A stretch of 64,000 nt of DNA. Origin: a bacterium (lineage in GTDB: Bacteria > UBA8248). The number at the start of each line of letters is the position of its first letter. Position 1 is the first letter of the stretch. The translations under genes and the position numbers were made by a program. Below the pieces are notes generated by a model. The model was not told the origin of the DNA. It saw only the letters and a list, made by a program, of their open reading frames with translations, and made no database searches. The stretch lies in contig CBDBBI010000010.1 in assembly GCA_965202625.1 (NCBI GenBank), positions 1,568,001 through 1,632,000 of the forward strand. The letters are read 5' to 3'. Below are positions 29,186 through 39,319 of the stretch, in pieces.

Positions 29186-31201
29186 TCAGCCCGCGTTTCT
29201 CAATATCAGATTGCCCCAATCATCCACCCGGCACTCCCAGCCCGGCGAAACGACCGTCGTCGCGCTGAACTCACACGCCAGCGCCGGGCCCCTGAAACGA
29301 TTTCCAGGAAAAAGCATGTCCCGCGCATATACCGAACCATCCACTTCGCTTCCGTCAAAGACCATCTTTTGCGTTCCTGTCAGCGCGTGAGAAACGCTTT
29401 TTCGCCTTTTGGGGAGTCGTCTCATGGGCAAGTGCTCCACCTCCCCGACGGCCCGCATCCTGATGGTCACGATCTCGACGGGGTTTTCCGGGCTTGAGGT
29501 GCCGAATCGCTCATCGTGCAATTCGTCAAAGGCGTCTTTCAGGCTCTTGCGCACGTCCGCGCCCGCCTTGGGTTGGTAGGGAAGCGTTAATTCATACGAT
29601 TGTCCAAGATAGCGCATGTCGATGAAGAACGAGAAGACGGGACGGGGGAAACCCTCGAACCTCAAATCATCCCGCCCCCTCTTCAACAAGGGAGAAAAAT
29701 GCCGCGCCAGAGATTTTCTGCTCACGCCCTCAAGCGGCGAAAGCACCGTCCTCGCATAATCTTTCACCACGTCCGCAGTCAACATTCCCCGCGCGGAGAG
29801 AATCCCCGGATCATTGGGAACGACGACAGAAGGAATCCTGAGTATCTCCGCCAAAGCGCAGGCGTGCATCGCCCCCGCTCCCCCAAAGGAGAGCAGGGCG
29901 AATTTTCGTGGATCGTGTCCGCGCTCCACGCTGATCAGACGAATCGCGCGCGCCATGTGCTGGTTGGCGACGCGAACGACGCCTTCCGCCGCTTGTCGCG
30001 CATCGAGCCGCAAGGATTTCGCCAAACGCGCGACTCCGGCGCTCACCGACTTCAGGTCGAGACGCATTCCGCCGCCCAGAAATCGTTCGGGATCGAGGCG
30101 GCCAAGAAACAGGTTGGCGTCGGTGACGGTGAGCTGGCTGCCCTTGCCGTAGCACATGGGTCCGGGATCAGCCCCCGCGCTCTGCGGGCCAACCGCCAAA
30201 GCGCCGCCCGGATCGACCCGGGCGATGGACCCGCCTCCGGCGCCCACCGTGTGAATGTCGATGAGGGGAACCTGTATCGGACAACCTGCCACTTCGGTCT
30301 CCGAAGTGAAGCCAATGCCGGCGCGCAGCAAAGATACGTCCGAACTCGTTCCGCCCATGTCAAACGCAATCGCATCGTCAAATCCCGCCTTTCTCGCCAC
30401 CTCGCAGGCTCCCACGACGCCGCCTGCGGGGCCGGACAAAATCGTCCGAATCGCCTCCTCGCCCGCCGTCTTGCTTGAGATGACGCCGCCGTTGCTCTGC
30501 ATGACCCGCAAACGCCCAGAACCGACGCATGACGCCAAATCCTTCAAATACCTGCTCATCATCGGAGATACGTAGGCGTTCACGCACGTGGTGCTCATCC
30601 GCTCATACTCTCTGAACTCGGGAAGCACCTGGCTGGACGTCGACACGTGAATGCCGCTTTGCCGAATGGCGTCCGCCACTTCTTCTTCATGGGCAGGATT
30701 CGCGTAAGAGTGCAGCAGACAGACGGCGACGGACTCGACGCCCGCTTTTTGGAGCTTTCGCCTGAGCGCTCCCAAGGATGAACGCTTCAGGGGGAGTATC
30801 TCGCCGCCCTTTTCATCCAAGCGCTCCGCCACGCCCATCCGGAGATTTCTCGGCACGAGCGCCGGGGGCCTGCGATAAGCCAGATTGTAGAGTTCTTTTC
30901 TGTTTTGGCGACCGATTTCGATCACGTCCTCAAAGCCGGCCGTCGTCACCAGTGCGGTTTTCGCGCCCCGGCGGGTGAGCAGGGCGTTCGTGGCCACGGT
31001 GGAGCCGTGCGTGATGTCCAGGGCGAGGCCCCTGCCCTCGAGAATCTCATCCAACCCCTGGAGGATGGCGCGCTCAGGCGCATCAGGCGTGGAGGATACC
31101 TTGTGAACGCGCACCTGCGCGCCGTCAAACGAGATAAAATCCGTAAAAGTTCCTCCCGTGTCGACGCCGACTCTGAGCGTTTTCGCATCCTGTGCAGACA
31201 T
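29186..31201 (-). CDS. Hydantoinase A / oxoprolinase family protein
   Basis: GVDTGGTFTD, HGSTVATNALL, SGPAGGV, DMGGTSSDV, GAGGGSIA, SAGADPGP. Confidence 0.92.
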   Translation of the reverse strand: MSAQDAKTLRVGVDTGGTFTDFISFDGAQVRVHKVSSTPDAPERAILQGLDEILEGRGLALDITHGSTVATNALLTRRGAKTALVTTAGFEDVIEIGRQNRKELYNLAYRRPPALVPRNLRMGVAERLDEKGGEILPLKRSSLGALRRKLQKAGVESVAVCLLHSYANPAHEEEVADAIRQSGIHVSTSSQVLPEFREYERMSTTCVNAYVSPMMSRYLKDLASCVGSGRLRVMQSNGGVISSKTAGEEAIRTILSGPAGGVVGACEVARKAGFDDAIAFDMGGTSSDVSLLRAGIGFTSETEVAGCPIQVPLIDIHTVGAGGGSIARVDPGGALAVGPQSAGADPGPMCYGKGSQLTVTDANLFLGRLDPERFLGGGMRLDLKSVSAGVARLAKSLRLDARQAAEGVVRVANQHMARAIRLISVERGHDPRKFALLSFGGAGAMHACALAEILRIPSVVVPNDPGILSARGMLTADVVKDYARTVLSPLEGVSRKSLARHFSPLLKRGRDDLRFEGFPRPVFSFFIDMRYLGQSYELTLPYQPKAGADVRKSLKDAFDELHDERFGTSSPENPVEIVTIRMRAVGEVEHLPMRRLPKRRKSVSHALTGTQKMVFDGSEVDGSVYARDMLFPGNRFRGPALACEFSATTVVSPGWECRVDDWGNLILRNAG

Positions 31202-32211
31202 CACCTCCTCCTGTGAGACCAGGCTTCGGGATTCAGCAAATCAGGGGGACGTTTGCCAAGCAAACACGCCTTCACGTTTTTCACCACCCGCTCTGAGATC
31301 GCCTTTCGGCCCAGATCGGTGTTCGTCCCCAGATGCGGCAGCATGACGACGTTCTCCATGCGCAGCAGCCTTGGATGCGGCTTGGGCTCATGCGCAAACA
31401 CGTCCAGCCCCGCTCCGCCGATATGGCCCGAGGCCAGCGCCTCGACCAGGGCTTCCTCATCCAAAACGGCTCCCCGGGCCGTGTTGATTATCACGGCGCC
31501 CTTCTTCATGCGAGCGAACTCCTCCGCCCCCATGCGGTGGCGCGTGCGGTCGTTCAAGGCCAGATGCACGCTCAGGAAATCCGCCTCTCGCAGAAGCCCG
31601 TGAAAGGAGCGGTAGGAGGCGCCGACCTCCTTTTCGACTTCTCGACTTTTTCTGTTTCGACTCCAGTATCGCACCTTCATGCCAAACGAGCCCGCCATGC
31701 GCGCCACGGCACAGCCGATGCGTCCGAGACCGATGACGCCCAAAACCCTGCCGTTCAAACCCAGACCCTCGAACAGCGTGGGCGTCCAACCTTTCCACTT
31801 CCCCGATCTTACGTATACATCCGCCTCCACGACGCGCCTGCTCACCGCAAGCAGGAGCGCCATGGCGCATTCCGCAGTGGGGGCCGTGACCACGCCAGGG
31901 GTGTTGGTGACCAGGACGCCGCGCGCCGCGGCCGCCGCCACGTCGATGTTGTTGAACCCGACTCCGCAGTTGGCGATCAGTTTCAGGCGAGGCGCCGCAT
32001 CCAGCAGCTCGGACGTTATGCCGTCTCCCACCATCGATATGAGAACGTCCGCGCGGCGCACGGCGCGCCGATAGCTCTGCGGGCTTGGCTGCACGTCTTT
32101 TGCGTGCATGATGAATTCCGTGGTCTTTTTCAACTCCTCAAAATGGCCGGGAGGAAATCTTCTGGCGAGAAACACCCGCGGAGGAGCACAGGGGGACGTC
32201 GCGCCGTTCAT
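31201..32211 (-). CDS. D-glycerate dehydrogenase / glyoxylate reductase
   Basis: GVGFNNID, TNTPGV, GLGRIG, INTARG, GLDVFAHEP, PHLG. Confidence 0.9.
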   Translation of the reverse strand: MNGATSPCAPPRVFLARRFPPGHFEELKKTTEFIMHAKDVQPSPQSYRRAVRRADVLISMVGDGITSELLDAAPRLKLIANCGVGFNNIDVAAAAARGVLVTNTPGVVTAPTAECAMALLLAVSRRVVEADVYVRSGKWKGWTPTLFEGLGLNGRVLGVIGLGRIGCAVARMAGSFGMKVRYWSRNRKSREVEKEVGASYRSFHGLLREADFLSVHLALNDRTRHRMGAEEFARMKKGAVIINTARGAVLDEEALVEALASGHIGGAGLDVFAHEPKPHPRLLRMENVVMLPHLGTNTDLGRKAISERVVKNVKACLLGKRPPDLLNPEAWSHRRR

Positions 32212-33377
32212 TTTTCCAGCCGCTTCACGGCCTGGGCGATGCGATCGACCGCCCGCTCCAGATTCTCCACGCTGTTGGCGAAGCACATTCTCAGGTGCTT
32301 GTCCGCATGGGAGCCAAAAGCGGAGCCGGGCAAGGCCGCCACTCCCGCTTCGTCGAGAAGATAATCCGAAAAATCATCCGCGCTCACAGGAAGCTGACTC
32401 ACGTTGGGAAACGCATAAAAAGCGCCGGCGGGGCATCGGCAGGATATTCCTTCCACCTCGTTCAGCCCCGCAATAAAAATGTCCCGCCTGCGCCGGAAAT
32501 CGGCCATCATGGCGCGACTCTCCGACTGATCCTCCAAAAGTCCCTTCGCGCCCGCCAGCTGAATGAAGGGGGGCACGCAACTCACCGAGTTGGTGATGAG
32601 CTGGGCGAGAGGCTCGGCAATCTCCGCGGGAGCGGCGACGAAACCCAGGCGCCAGCCCGTCATGGCGTATGTTTTTGAGAACGTCTCGAGCATGATGGTG
32701 CGCTCCCTCATGCCCGGCAGCGTGCCCAGGGAGATATGCTCTCCCTCGAAAAGCATGTGGGCATACACCTCGTCCGACAAGACGACGATGTCGTTTTCCA
32801 CGGCGATGGCCGCGATGGCCTCCAGCTCATCTCTCCCCAACGTTCCGCCAGTGGGGTTGTGGGGATAGTTCAGGATGAGGAGGCGGGTGTTCTCGGTGAC
32901 GCGCGAACGCAGGTCATCAGGCGTGAATCGAAAATCCTTCTCCTCCAATATCGGCAACGCCACCGGCTTCGCGCCCGCATAGCGCGTCACGGACTCATAG
33001 ACCGGAAAGCCCGGATCCGGATAAATCACCTCATCGCCCGGCCCCGCCATGGCCATGACGGCATAGTACAAAAACGGTTTTCCGCCCGGGCCAATCACAA
33101 TTTCGTCCGGAGAATACTCCCCGCGCCCATCGCGCCTGAACCACTCGCAAACCGCTTCTCTGAGCGTCAACAGGCCGGCGGACGGGCAATAGTGCGTCTG
33201 GCCGGATTTCAGTTGCGCATACGCTTCCTCCACGATGCTGGAGGGCGTATCGAAATCCGTGTCGCCAATCTCCAGGTGGATGACGTCCCGGCCCTGGCGC
33301 TCCATTTCGTTCGCTTTGGCGAGAACCACGAACGAACTCTCGGTTTTGAGCAGTTTCATCCGATCCGCCAAACGCAT
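32208..33377 (-). CDS. PLP-dependent class I aminotransferase
   Basis: PHNPTG, SDEVY, FSKTYAMTGWRLG, GAFYAFP. Confidence 0.92.
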   Translation of the reverse strand: MRLADRMKLLKTESSFVVLAKANEMERQGRDVIHLEIGDTDFDTPSSIVEEAYAQLKSGQTHYCPSAGLLTLREAVCEWFRRDGRGEYSPDEIVIGPGGKPFLYYAVMAMAGPGDEVIYPDPGFPVYESVTRYAGAKPVALPILEEKDFRFTPDDLRSRVTENTRLLILNYPHNPTGGTLGRDELEAIAAIAVENDIVVLSDEVYAHMLFEGEHISLGTLPGMRERTIMLETFSKTYAMTGWRLGFVAAPAEIAEPLAQLITNSVSCVPPFIQLAGAKGLLEDQSESRAMMADFRRRRDIFIAGLNEVEGISCRCPAGAFYAFPNVSQLPVSADDFSDYLLDEAGVAALPGSAFGSHADKHLRMCFANSVENLERAVDRIAQAVKRLEK

Positions 33378-33393
33378 TTTCACCCTCAAGTAT

Positions 33394-34041
33394 TCATACC
33401 GCAGAACGAAGAGGCGCATTCTCTACGACGCCGCACCTCGCCAACATTCCCAAAGTTTCGGCCAGGGGCAGGCCCACCACGTTGGTGTAGCTTCCCTCTA
33501 CCCTGTCCACGAGGCTCCCGCCCGATCCCTGAATGCCGTATGCCCCCGCCTTGTCCATGGATTCGCCGCTTGCCACGTAGCGCGCGATGGTTTCCTCGTC
33601 TATCTCCCGAAAGCGCACCCTCGTCGCCGCCATCCCCTCGTGCCGAGAACCCGCTCCAAAGAGGACGAACGCGGTGATCACCTCATGCGTTCGGCCCGAA
33701 AGCATTCTCAGGACGCGCGAAGCGTCGTCCGCGCTTGATGGCTTCCCCAGAATGCGCCCCTCCAGGGCGACCACGGTGTCGGCGCCGAGCACGAACGCAT
33801 CAGGACGCATCCTCGCCACGCAGCCCGCCTTGGCCAACGCGCGACGCCTGGCCCCATCCTTCGCCCCCAGCCCTGTCCCCGCCTTCTCCTCCGCGCCGGA
33901 AGGCGGCTCTACGACCTCGAACGCAAGGCCCGCATCTTCCAGAAGACGCTTCCTTCGCGGGGAACCCGAAGCCAGAACGAAACGTTGAATTTGTCGCAAG
34001 AACCAGACCGGAGGAGGGCTAATTATCCCGATCGACGACAT
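33394..34041 (-). CDS. maf: Maf nucleotide pyrophosphatase
   Basis: LASGSPRR, GADTVV, GKP, LSGRTH, DKAGAYGIQG, NVVGLP; start uncertain. Confidence 0.9.
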   Translation of the reverse strand: MSSIGIISPPPVWFLRQIQRFVLASGSPRRKRLLEDAGLAFEVVEPPSGAEEKAGTGLGAKDGARRRALAKAGCVARMRPDAFVLGADTVVALEGRILGKPSSADDASRVLRMLSGRTHEVITAFVLFGAGSRHEGMAATRVRFREIDEETIARYVASGESMDKAGAYGIQGSGGSLVDRVEGSYTNVVGLPLAETLGMLARCGVVENAPLRSAV

Positions 34042-34999
34042 AGTCCGCGATGTCGCGCAACACGTCGAGATGGGGGGAGTCGGGCAAAGAGGAGAGTGCC
34101 GCCTTACCCGCCTCCACGTATCCCCGCGCCTTGCCGAGGGTGTAGTCCACCGCTCCGTATTTGTCCATCAACGCGAGAACGTCGTCCATATCCTCCTCGC
34201 GAATCGCCTCCTCGTGCACGACGAGGCGATTCAGCCTCTCAAACTCCGCAGCCGTGGACTGGGCGCAAACCCTGATCAGAGGCAGCGTCATGTTCCCCTC
34301 TCGCAAGTCTTCGCCTACGGATTTCCCCGTTCTTCGCGCGTCTCCCATGTAGTCGAGAGCGTCATCGACCAGTTGAAAAGCGTATCCTACCTGAACGCCA
34401 AATTGATGGAGCGCGTCGGCGAACGCAAGCGGACCATCCGGTATCAGAGCGCCCACCCGACAGCTTGCGGCGATGAGCGCCGCCGTCTTGCGATAGACGA
34501 CGTTCAGATATTCCGCTTCCTCCAGTTTGAGGTTGTACAAGTTCACCAGCTGGAGCACCTCTCCCTCGGAGAGGAGGGTGCAGGCCTCGCTCATGGTTTT
34601 CATGATTCGGCCATCCTCGTCGGCGGCCATGAGCGAGAAGCTCTTGGCGAACAGAAAATCCCCCACGAGGACGCTCGCGCTGTTGCTCCATTTGGAGTTG
34701 GCGGAGGGGTTGCCCCGTCTCATCCGCGCGTCGTCCACCACGTCGTCATGAAGGAGCGTGGCCGCGTGGATGTACTCCACCACGCATCCCATCGTCGCGG
34801 CGCGCGGGCTCCCCGCATAGCCGCACGCCTTGGCGCAGAGCAGCAAGAGCATCGGTCTGATCCTCTTGCCGCCAGAAGCGATGAGATATTCACTCACGTC
34901 AGGGATCAAAACGACGTCGGAATGAAAATTCGCCTGAATCACTTCTCCCACGTCGTTCAGTTCGGAAGCGATGGAATCGACAATTTCAGAAAATCCCAT
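34019..34999 (-). CDS. ispB: Long-chain polyprenyl diphosphate synthase
   Basis: GGKRIRP, IHAATLLHDDVVD, VLVGDFL, FQLVDDALDY, DLREG..TLP. Confidence 0.9.
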   Translation of the reverse strand: MGFSEIVDSIASELNDVGEVIQANFHSDVVLIPDVSEYLIASGGKRIRPMLLLLCAKACGYAGSPRAATMGCVVEYIHAATLLHDDVVDDARMRRGNPSANSKWSNSASVLVGDFLFAKSFSLMAADEDGRIMKTMSEACTLLSEGEVLQLVNLYNLKLEEAEYLNVVYRKTAALIAASCRVGALIPDGPLAFADALHQFGVQVGYAFQLVDDALDYMGDARRTGKSVGEDLREGNMTLPLIRVCAQSTAAEFERLNRLVVHEEAIREEDMDDVLALMDKYGAVDYTLGKARGYVEAGKAALSSLPDSPHLDVLRDIADYVVDRDN

Positions 35000-35085
35000 T
35001 CCATCTCCGGCTTGCAAAACCAGGCGCCCGGAACATCGTCTCCATGCCCTTCATATTGTCTGGAAGCATATTATGGGCAAAGCGC

Positions 35086-35114
35086 AATCTATGGAAGGCG
35101 CGCGCGGGTGTCAA
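35086..35114 (-). promoter_or_regulatory. Sigma70-like promoter for the ispB-maf-aminotransferase operon
   Basis: Minus strand TTGACA-N17-TAGATT. Confidence 0.55.
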
Positions 35115-35533
35115 GGTGCGAAAACGCCCCCTTTTCCTCAAGGCGCAGCTCGGCTATGTTGCCCTCCAGGGAAGGAAGAAGGCGCACCTCCAGCGACGGG
35201 GAGAACTCTGGTTTTGGGTGAAGAAATGCAAATCGCCGGCGGCGGCGCGAGAATGAAGGCGCAACGCGCAGACGGTGAAGCCGCGAAAGCCCTGCGGGAG
35301 GCTTTGCCGAGCACCGCAACGGCGAACGCTTGGGGCGCGGAGACGGAAGCGGGGGAAATCGCCTGCCGGCCCCCGGAAAGCGCCTTTTGCATCTTTTTTG
35401 GCCCCACTCCGGCGCGTGCGGACGACGCACCGCGCGCAGCCGGCGCCGCAAATCCGCCGGAGAGAGTGGATGGCGCCCCCCAGGATTTCCTCGGCATCCG
35501 CCCGGAAGAAGAAATCCGCCTGGAAAAAACGTC

Positions 35534-36793
35534 ATGAATCCGGACTCTCCGCAGAAGCGCCCCTGCATTCTCATTCATTACGATGAAATTGGCCTGAAGG
35601 GGAAAAACCGTCCGCTTTTCATCGAGCGCCTCGCCAACAGGGTCGAGCGCGCGGCCTCTTTGTTCTGTGAGGCGAAAGTCAGAAAACGCTCCGGAAGGCT
35701 CATTCTGGAAACGGGCGAAGTCAAGGATGCGGACGCTCTCATCAAAGCGCTTGGCAAGGTGTTTGGGCTGGCCTATTTCGCCCGGGCGAGAAGGGTTCCG
35801 CTTGACGTGGAGGCGGCGGCGCAAACAGCGCTGGAGATGCTCTCGCCCTTGCAGATCAGAAGTTTTCGGGTACGAACCCGAAAATCGTTTCCGTCCACGC
35901 CCATCAGCGCGAGGGAATGGGACAGAGTCATCGGCGCCAGAATTCAGGCCAGAAGACATTTGCCGGTGGATTTGGAGCACCCCGGCCGGACGGTGCGCAT
36001 CGAGGCCATCTCCACCGGGGAAGCGTGGGTGTACGTGGAGAAGCTGCCCGGTCCAGGCGGCTTGCCCGTCGGATCGCTCGGAAGGGCGGCTGTGCTCTTA
36101 TCAGGCGGCATCGACTCTCCGCTGGCCGCCTGGCGCATCATGAAGCGCGGCTGCGAGGCGGTGTTCATCCACTTTCACGGCGCACCCTATCTCAGCCGCG
36201 CATCCGCCGAGAAAGCCCAGGATTTGGCCCAAGTCCTCAACGGCTACCAGTCGGGCAGCAGGCTCTATATGGTGCCGTTCGGAAACCTGCAGAAAGAGAT
36301 CGTCCTCTCCACGCAGCCGGAATATCGCGTCCTTCTCTATCGCCGATTCATGGTGCGCATCGGCGAGCGGATAGCCAGGCTGGAGAACGCGCGCGCCCTG
36401 GTCACCGGAGAGAGCCTGGGACAGGTGGCGAGCCAGACGCTTCAGAACATCGCCACGATTGAAGATGCCGTGCAAATCCCGATTCTCAGGCCCCTCATCG
36501 GCATGGACAAACGGGAGATCATCGAACAAGCGAAAGGCATAGAGACGTTTGGCATTTCCATTGAACCCGATCAGGATTGCTGCGCGTTATTCGTGCCCAA
36601 ACACCCGGCCATTCGCTCTCATCCGCGCCACGTCCGGAGCATCGAATCGCATCTGGCCGTCAACGAAATGATCGAAAAGGCACTCTGTGAAGCAGAGGTC
36701 GTGGAGATCGACCCTGAAGGGCGGACGAGGAACCTCCCTTTTGCCCGCGTTCATCCCGCCGCGGAGAAAGCGCCGGTTCTGCCGAGAGGCTGA
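35534..36793 (+). CDS. thiI: tRNA 4-thiouridine synthase
   Basis: YDEIGLKGKNR, THUMP domain, GGLPVGS, LLSGGIDSP, TGESLGQVASQT, RPLIG.DK, DCC. Confidence 0.95.
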   Translation: MNPDSPQKRPCILIHYDEIGLKGKNRPLFIERLANRVERAASLFCEAKVRKRSGRLILETGEVKDADALIKALGKVFGLAYFARARRVPLDVEAAAQTALEMLSPLQIRSFRVRTRKSFPSTPISAREWDRVIGARIQARRHLPVDLEHPGRTVRIEAISTGEAWVYVEKLPGPGGLPVGSLGRAAVLLSGGIDSPLAAWRIMKRGCEAVFIHFHGAPYLSRASAEKAQDLAQVLNGYQSGSRLYMVPFGNLQKEIVLSTQPEYRVLLYRRFMVRIGERIARLENARALVTGESLGQVASQTLQNIATIEDAVQIPILRPLIGMDKREIIEQAKGIETFGISIEPDQDCCALFVPKHPAIRSHPRHVRSIESHLAVNEMIEKALCEAEVVEIDPEGRTRNLPFARVHPAAEKAPVLPRG

Positions 36794-36804
36794 GGGTGCG
36801 TTCT

Positions 36805-37206
36805 TTATCCGGTTTTCTCCCCTTCCATATCCCCCGCCAAATCCCTCTGTTCCACGAAATGCGTATCCTGGTGCAAGTAGCCCGCGAAATTGTCCTGGCG
36901 TATCGGTCCGCAAGCCTCAAAGGCCACCGTGTCTTCGAGGTAATCCGCCTGGTGCTCGGCATTCGGCGGCACATACCAGACGTCGCCTGGCTTTAACACC
37001 GCCGCGGGGTCGTCTCCCGCCTGCACGCGGGCGGAGCCGCTGATGAGACAGAAAATCTGCTCCGCCTCATGGTGGTGCCTCCGCGTGGAATTGCCGCCTT
37101 TCGCGTGAATGTAGCTGATCATGCAATGCTTCCCGCTCACGAGCCCCACTTCCACGCCTGGGAAGGGGACTTTTACGGGCAATGCGCTCCAACTCGTCAC
37201 CGGCAT
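36805..37206 (-). CDS. Cupin domain protein
   Basis: HHHEAEQ, LKPGDVWYVPPNAEH. Confidence 0.85.
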   Translation of the reverse strand: MPVTSWSALPVKVPFPGVEVGLVSGKHCMISYIHAKGGNSTRRHHHEAEQIFCLISGSARVQAGDDPAAVLKPGDVWYVPPNAEHQADYLEDTVAFEACGPIRQDNFAGYLHQDTHFVEQRDLAGDMEGEKTG

Positions 37207-37363
37207 TTTCGCCTCCTCTGTAAAACGCGGCTGATGAGAACCACTCTCGCCGCCTTGACGAGAATGCCGAAATCCAGCGGCAGGGAGCAGTTTGCCGCCA
37301 TAATAGAGGGCGTCCTGCAATTTTTCCAGCGCATCCCTCACCGAAGCACCGCAAGGGCGGCGG

Positions 37364-37393
37364 TTGACAAATTTACGGGGCGTTTCCGATAAT
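37364..37393 (+). promoter_or_regulatory. Sigma70-like promoter of Cys-rich paralog 1
   Basis: TTGACA-N18-GATAAT; homologous copy at 38327-38356. Confidence 0.55.
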
Positions 37394-37481
37394 TGCGGGC
37401 GTGAATTTGGCGGTTCGCTGTTTGTTTTTCCCTGTTTTCGCGCTTTCATTCTCCACGATAGATGCCTTGAGAGAAGCAGAC

Positions 37482-38228
37482 GTGATTTCCAGAATTTTTC
37501 GTTTGTGCCTGGCGTTGGCGACAGGGGTGATTCTCGCGTTCGCCGGCACTGGCGATGCCATAGCCAAATGCGGCGGCGAAACCAGAATCCGCAACCTCGT
37601 CGCCTTTCTGAATTGCGACCCCACCGGCATTTCTTACAAAAACATCTCCCGGGCGATGGACAAAGACGTCGACAAAATTTGCCGGGCGGCTTGTTCCAAC
37701 GTCAAAAACTTGAACGACCAAAAAAATTGTCAACGGGAATATCTGAAGGTGATTGATCGCCATAAAAGGGCCGTGAAAAAATACGCCCGCGGCAGGGGTT
37801 GCAAATTCAGGGTCAAATACTTCGAGGAGGAATTGAAAGCGGCGGGGGGGAAACGGACGGGAAGCACGATGCTCAAAGGCTGCAAGACCGTCGGCAACTG
37901 GAAGAGGACCGTCTACGGGCCACCCGCCAAGGGCTGCCCTAGCTGCGACTTTCACATCAAAGACGCCATTCTTTGTGAAATCGAACTGTCGTGCGAAGCC
38001 CATTCGGAATTCCATAAAATGCACCCGGAGATGAATGCCTCCGACCCTATTGAGGGAACCCTCCACTGTCTGGCCAATCAAGAGACGGGAGACTGTCTTT
38101 CCGTTAGAGGATGTATAACGGACAAAACTGTTAAGGATGGCAAAATCTATACCGAAAACTACTTAGATCGAGGCAAAAAGGTGCAGAGCCTGGAGGAACA
38201 AGAGGATACTTCCATTCCATATAGATAG
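37482..38228 (+). CDS. Secreted Cys-rich protein of unknown family, paralog 1
   Basis: GTG start aligned to the ATGs of paralogs 2 and 3; signal-peptide-like N-terminus ending AIA; 14 Cys in mature part. Confidence 0.85.
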   Translation: MISRIFRLCLALATGVILAFAGTGDAIAKCGGETRIRNLVAFLNCDPTGISYKNISRAMDKDVDKICRAACSNVKNLNDQKNCQREYLKVIDRHKRAVKKYARGRGCKFRVKYFEEELKAAGGKRTGSTMLKGCKTVGNWKRTVYGPPAKGCPSCDFHIKDAILCEIELSCEAHSEFHKMHPEMNASDPIEGTLHCLANQETGDCLSVRGCITDKTVKDGKIYTENYLDRGKKVQSLEEQEDTSIPYR

Positions 38229-38326
38229 AATCAAGCCATCGACCACCCCCGCTTTCCGGGGGCGTCTCCCCTTTGTTCCATTTGCCGAAGTCGGGTTTTA
38301 GGGAAACCATTGATGGCATTTTGCCG

Positions 38327-38356
38327 TTGACGAATTTGCGGGACGTTTCGTATAAG
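38327..38356 (+). promoter_or_regulatory. Sigma70-like promoter of Cys-rich paralog 2
   Basis: TTGACG-N18-TATAAG; spacer homologous to the one at 37364. Confidence 0.5.
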
Positions 38357-38438
38357 CAAGGGTATAGGGTCGGTCGTTCCCAGTTCGTTTGCGCAAACCT
38401 GACAACCCGATAGACGTCTTGACCGGAGAGAGGCAGAC

Positions 38439-39176
38439 ATGATTTCCAGAATTTTTCGTTTGTGCCTGGCGTTGGCGACAGGGGTGATTCTCGCGTTCGC
38501 CGGCGTTCCGGATGCCATAGCCCAATGCGGCGGCGAAACAGAAATCGGCAACCTCGTCGCCTTTCTGAATTGCGACCCGGACGGCATTTCTTACAGGAAT
38601 ATCTCCCGGGCGATGGACAGGGACGTCGGCAAAATTTGCCGGAGGGCCTGCTCCAACGCCGAGAGCGCGAAATGTCGCAAGGGATACCTCGGCTTGGTTC
38701 ATCGCCATCGAGGCGCCATAAAAAGATATGCCCGCAGCAAAGGCTGCAAATTCAGGAGCAAATATTTCGAGGAGCGATATCAAAGAGGCGGGGGGCGGGG
38801 GAAAAGCGCCATGTTTAAACGCTGCAAGACCATCGGCAACTGGAAGAGAACCGTCTATAAACCCTCCGCCGCGTCCCGCTCCCACTGTAAATTTATCCAG
38901 AAAGACGCCGTCCTTTGTGAAATCAAAATGTGGTGCAAAGGCTATTCGGAGTTTCACAAAAAATACGGTAAAGATCTCACTTGGGCTCTTGAGATGGACG
39001 TCTACTGTCTGGCCGATGAGGGCACCGGGGAGTGCCCTTCCATCAGGGAGTGCGTAGAGAAGAGCCAGCACGCTTCGGGTCAAAACTACGCCAAAAACTA
39101 CAAAAGACTGGGGGTCAAAGGGGAGGTTCTGGAGGAACAGGAGGTGCCCAAGCACTGGAAGACGTTGAAGAAATAG
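38439..39176 (+). CDS. Secreted Cys-rich protein of unknown family, paralog 2
   Basis: GGAG-type RBS; signal-peptide-like N-terminus; 13 Cys in mature part. Confidence 0.85.
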   Translation: MISRIFRLCLALATGVILAFAGVPDAIAQCGGETEIGNLVAFLNCDPDGISYRNISRAMDRDVGKICRRACSNAESAKCRKGYLGLVHRHRGAIKRYARSKGCKFRSKYFEERYQRGGGRGKSAMFKRCKTIGNWKRTVYKPSAASRSHCKFIQKDAVLCEIKMWCKGYSEFHKKYGKDLTWALEMDVYCLADEGTGECPSIRECVEKSQHASGQNYAKNYKRLGVKGEVLEEQEVPKHWKTLKK

Positions 39177-39190
39177 AGAAGCCGCCCAGC

Positions 39191-39210
39191 AGATAGAGGC
39201 AAGCCGCCCC
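39191..39210 (+). repeat. 20-bp direct repeat, copy 1 (AGATAGAGGCAAGCCGCCCC)
   Basis: Identical to 40058-40077. Confidence 0.85.
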
Positions 39211-39319
39211 CATGAAACGCCCACCGTCCCTTTCATTTGGCGAGAAGGTCGCTCTTTCTTGTCCCGCGCGCTTTTTGCGAAAAAATGACAATCCGATATG
39301 ATGCCTGGAGAGGGCAGAC

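Noticed and set aside
35120-35530. Possible riboswitch or ncRNA upstream of thiI (ATGCAAA/TTTGCAT pairing, GAAGGCGCAA)
   Set aside because: Core motifs of glycine, TPP, cobalamin and RNase P RNAs not found; cannot be supported without an Rfam scan
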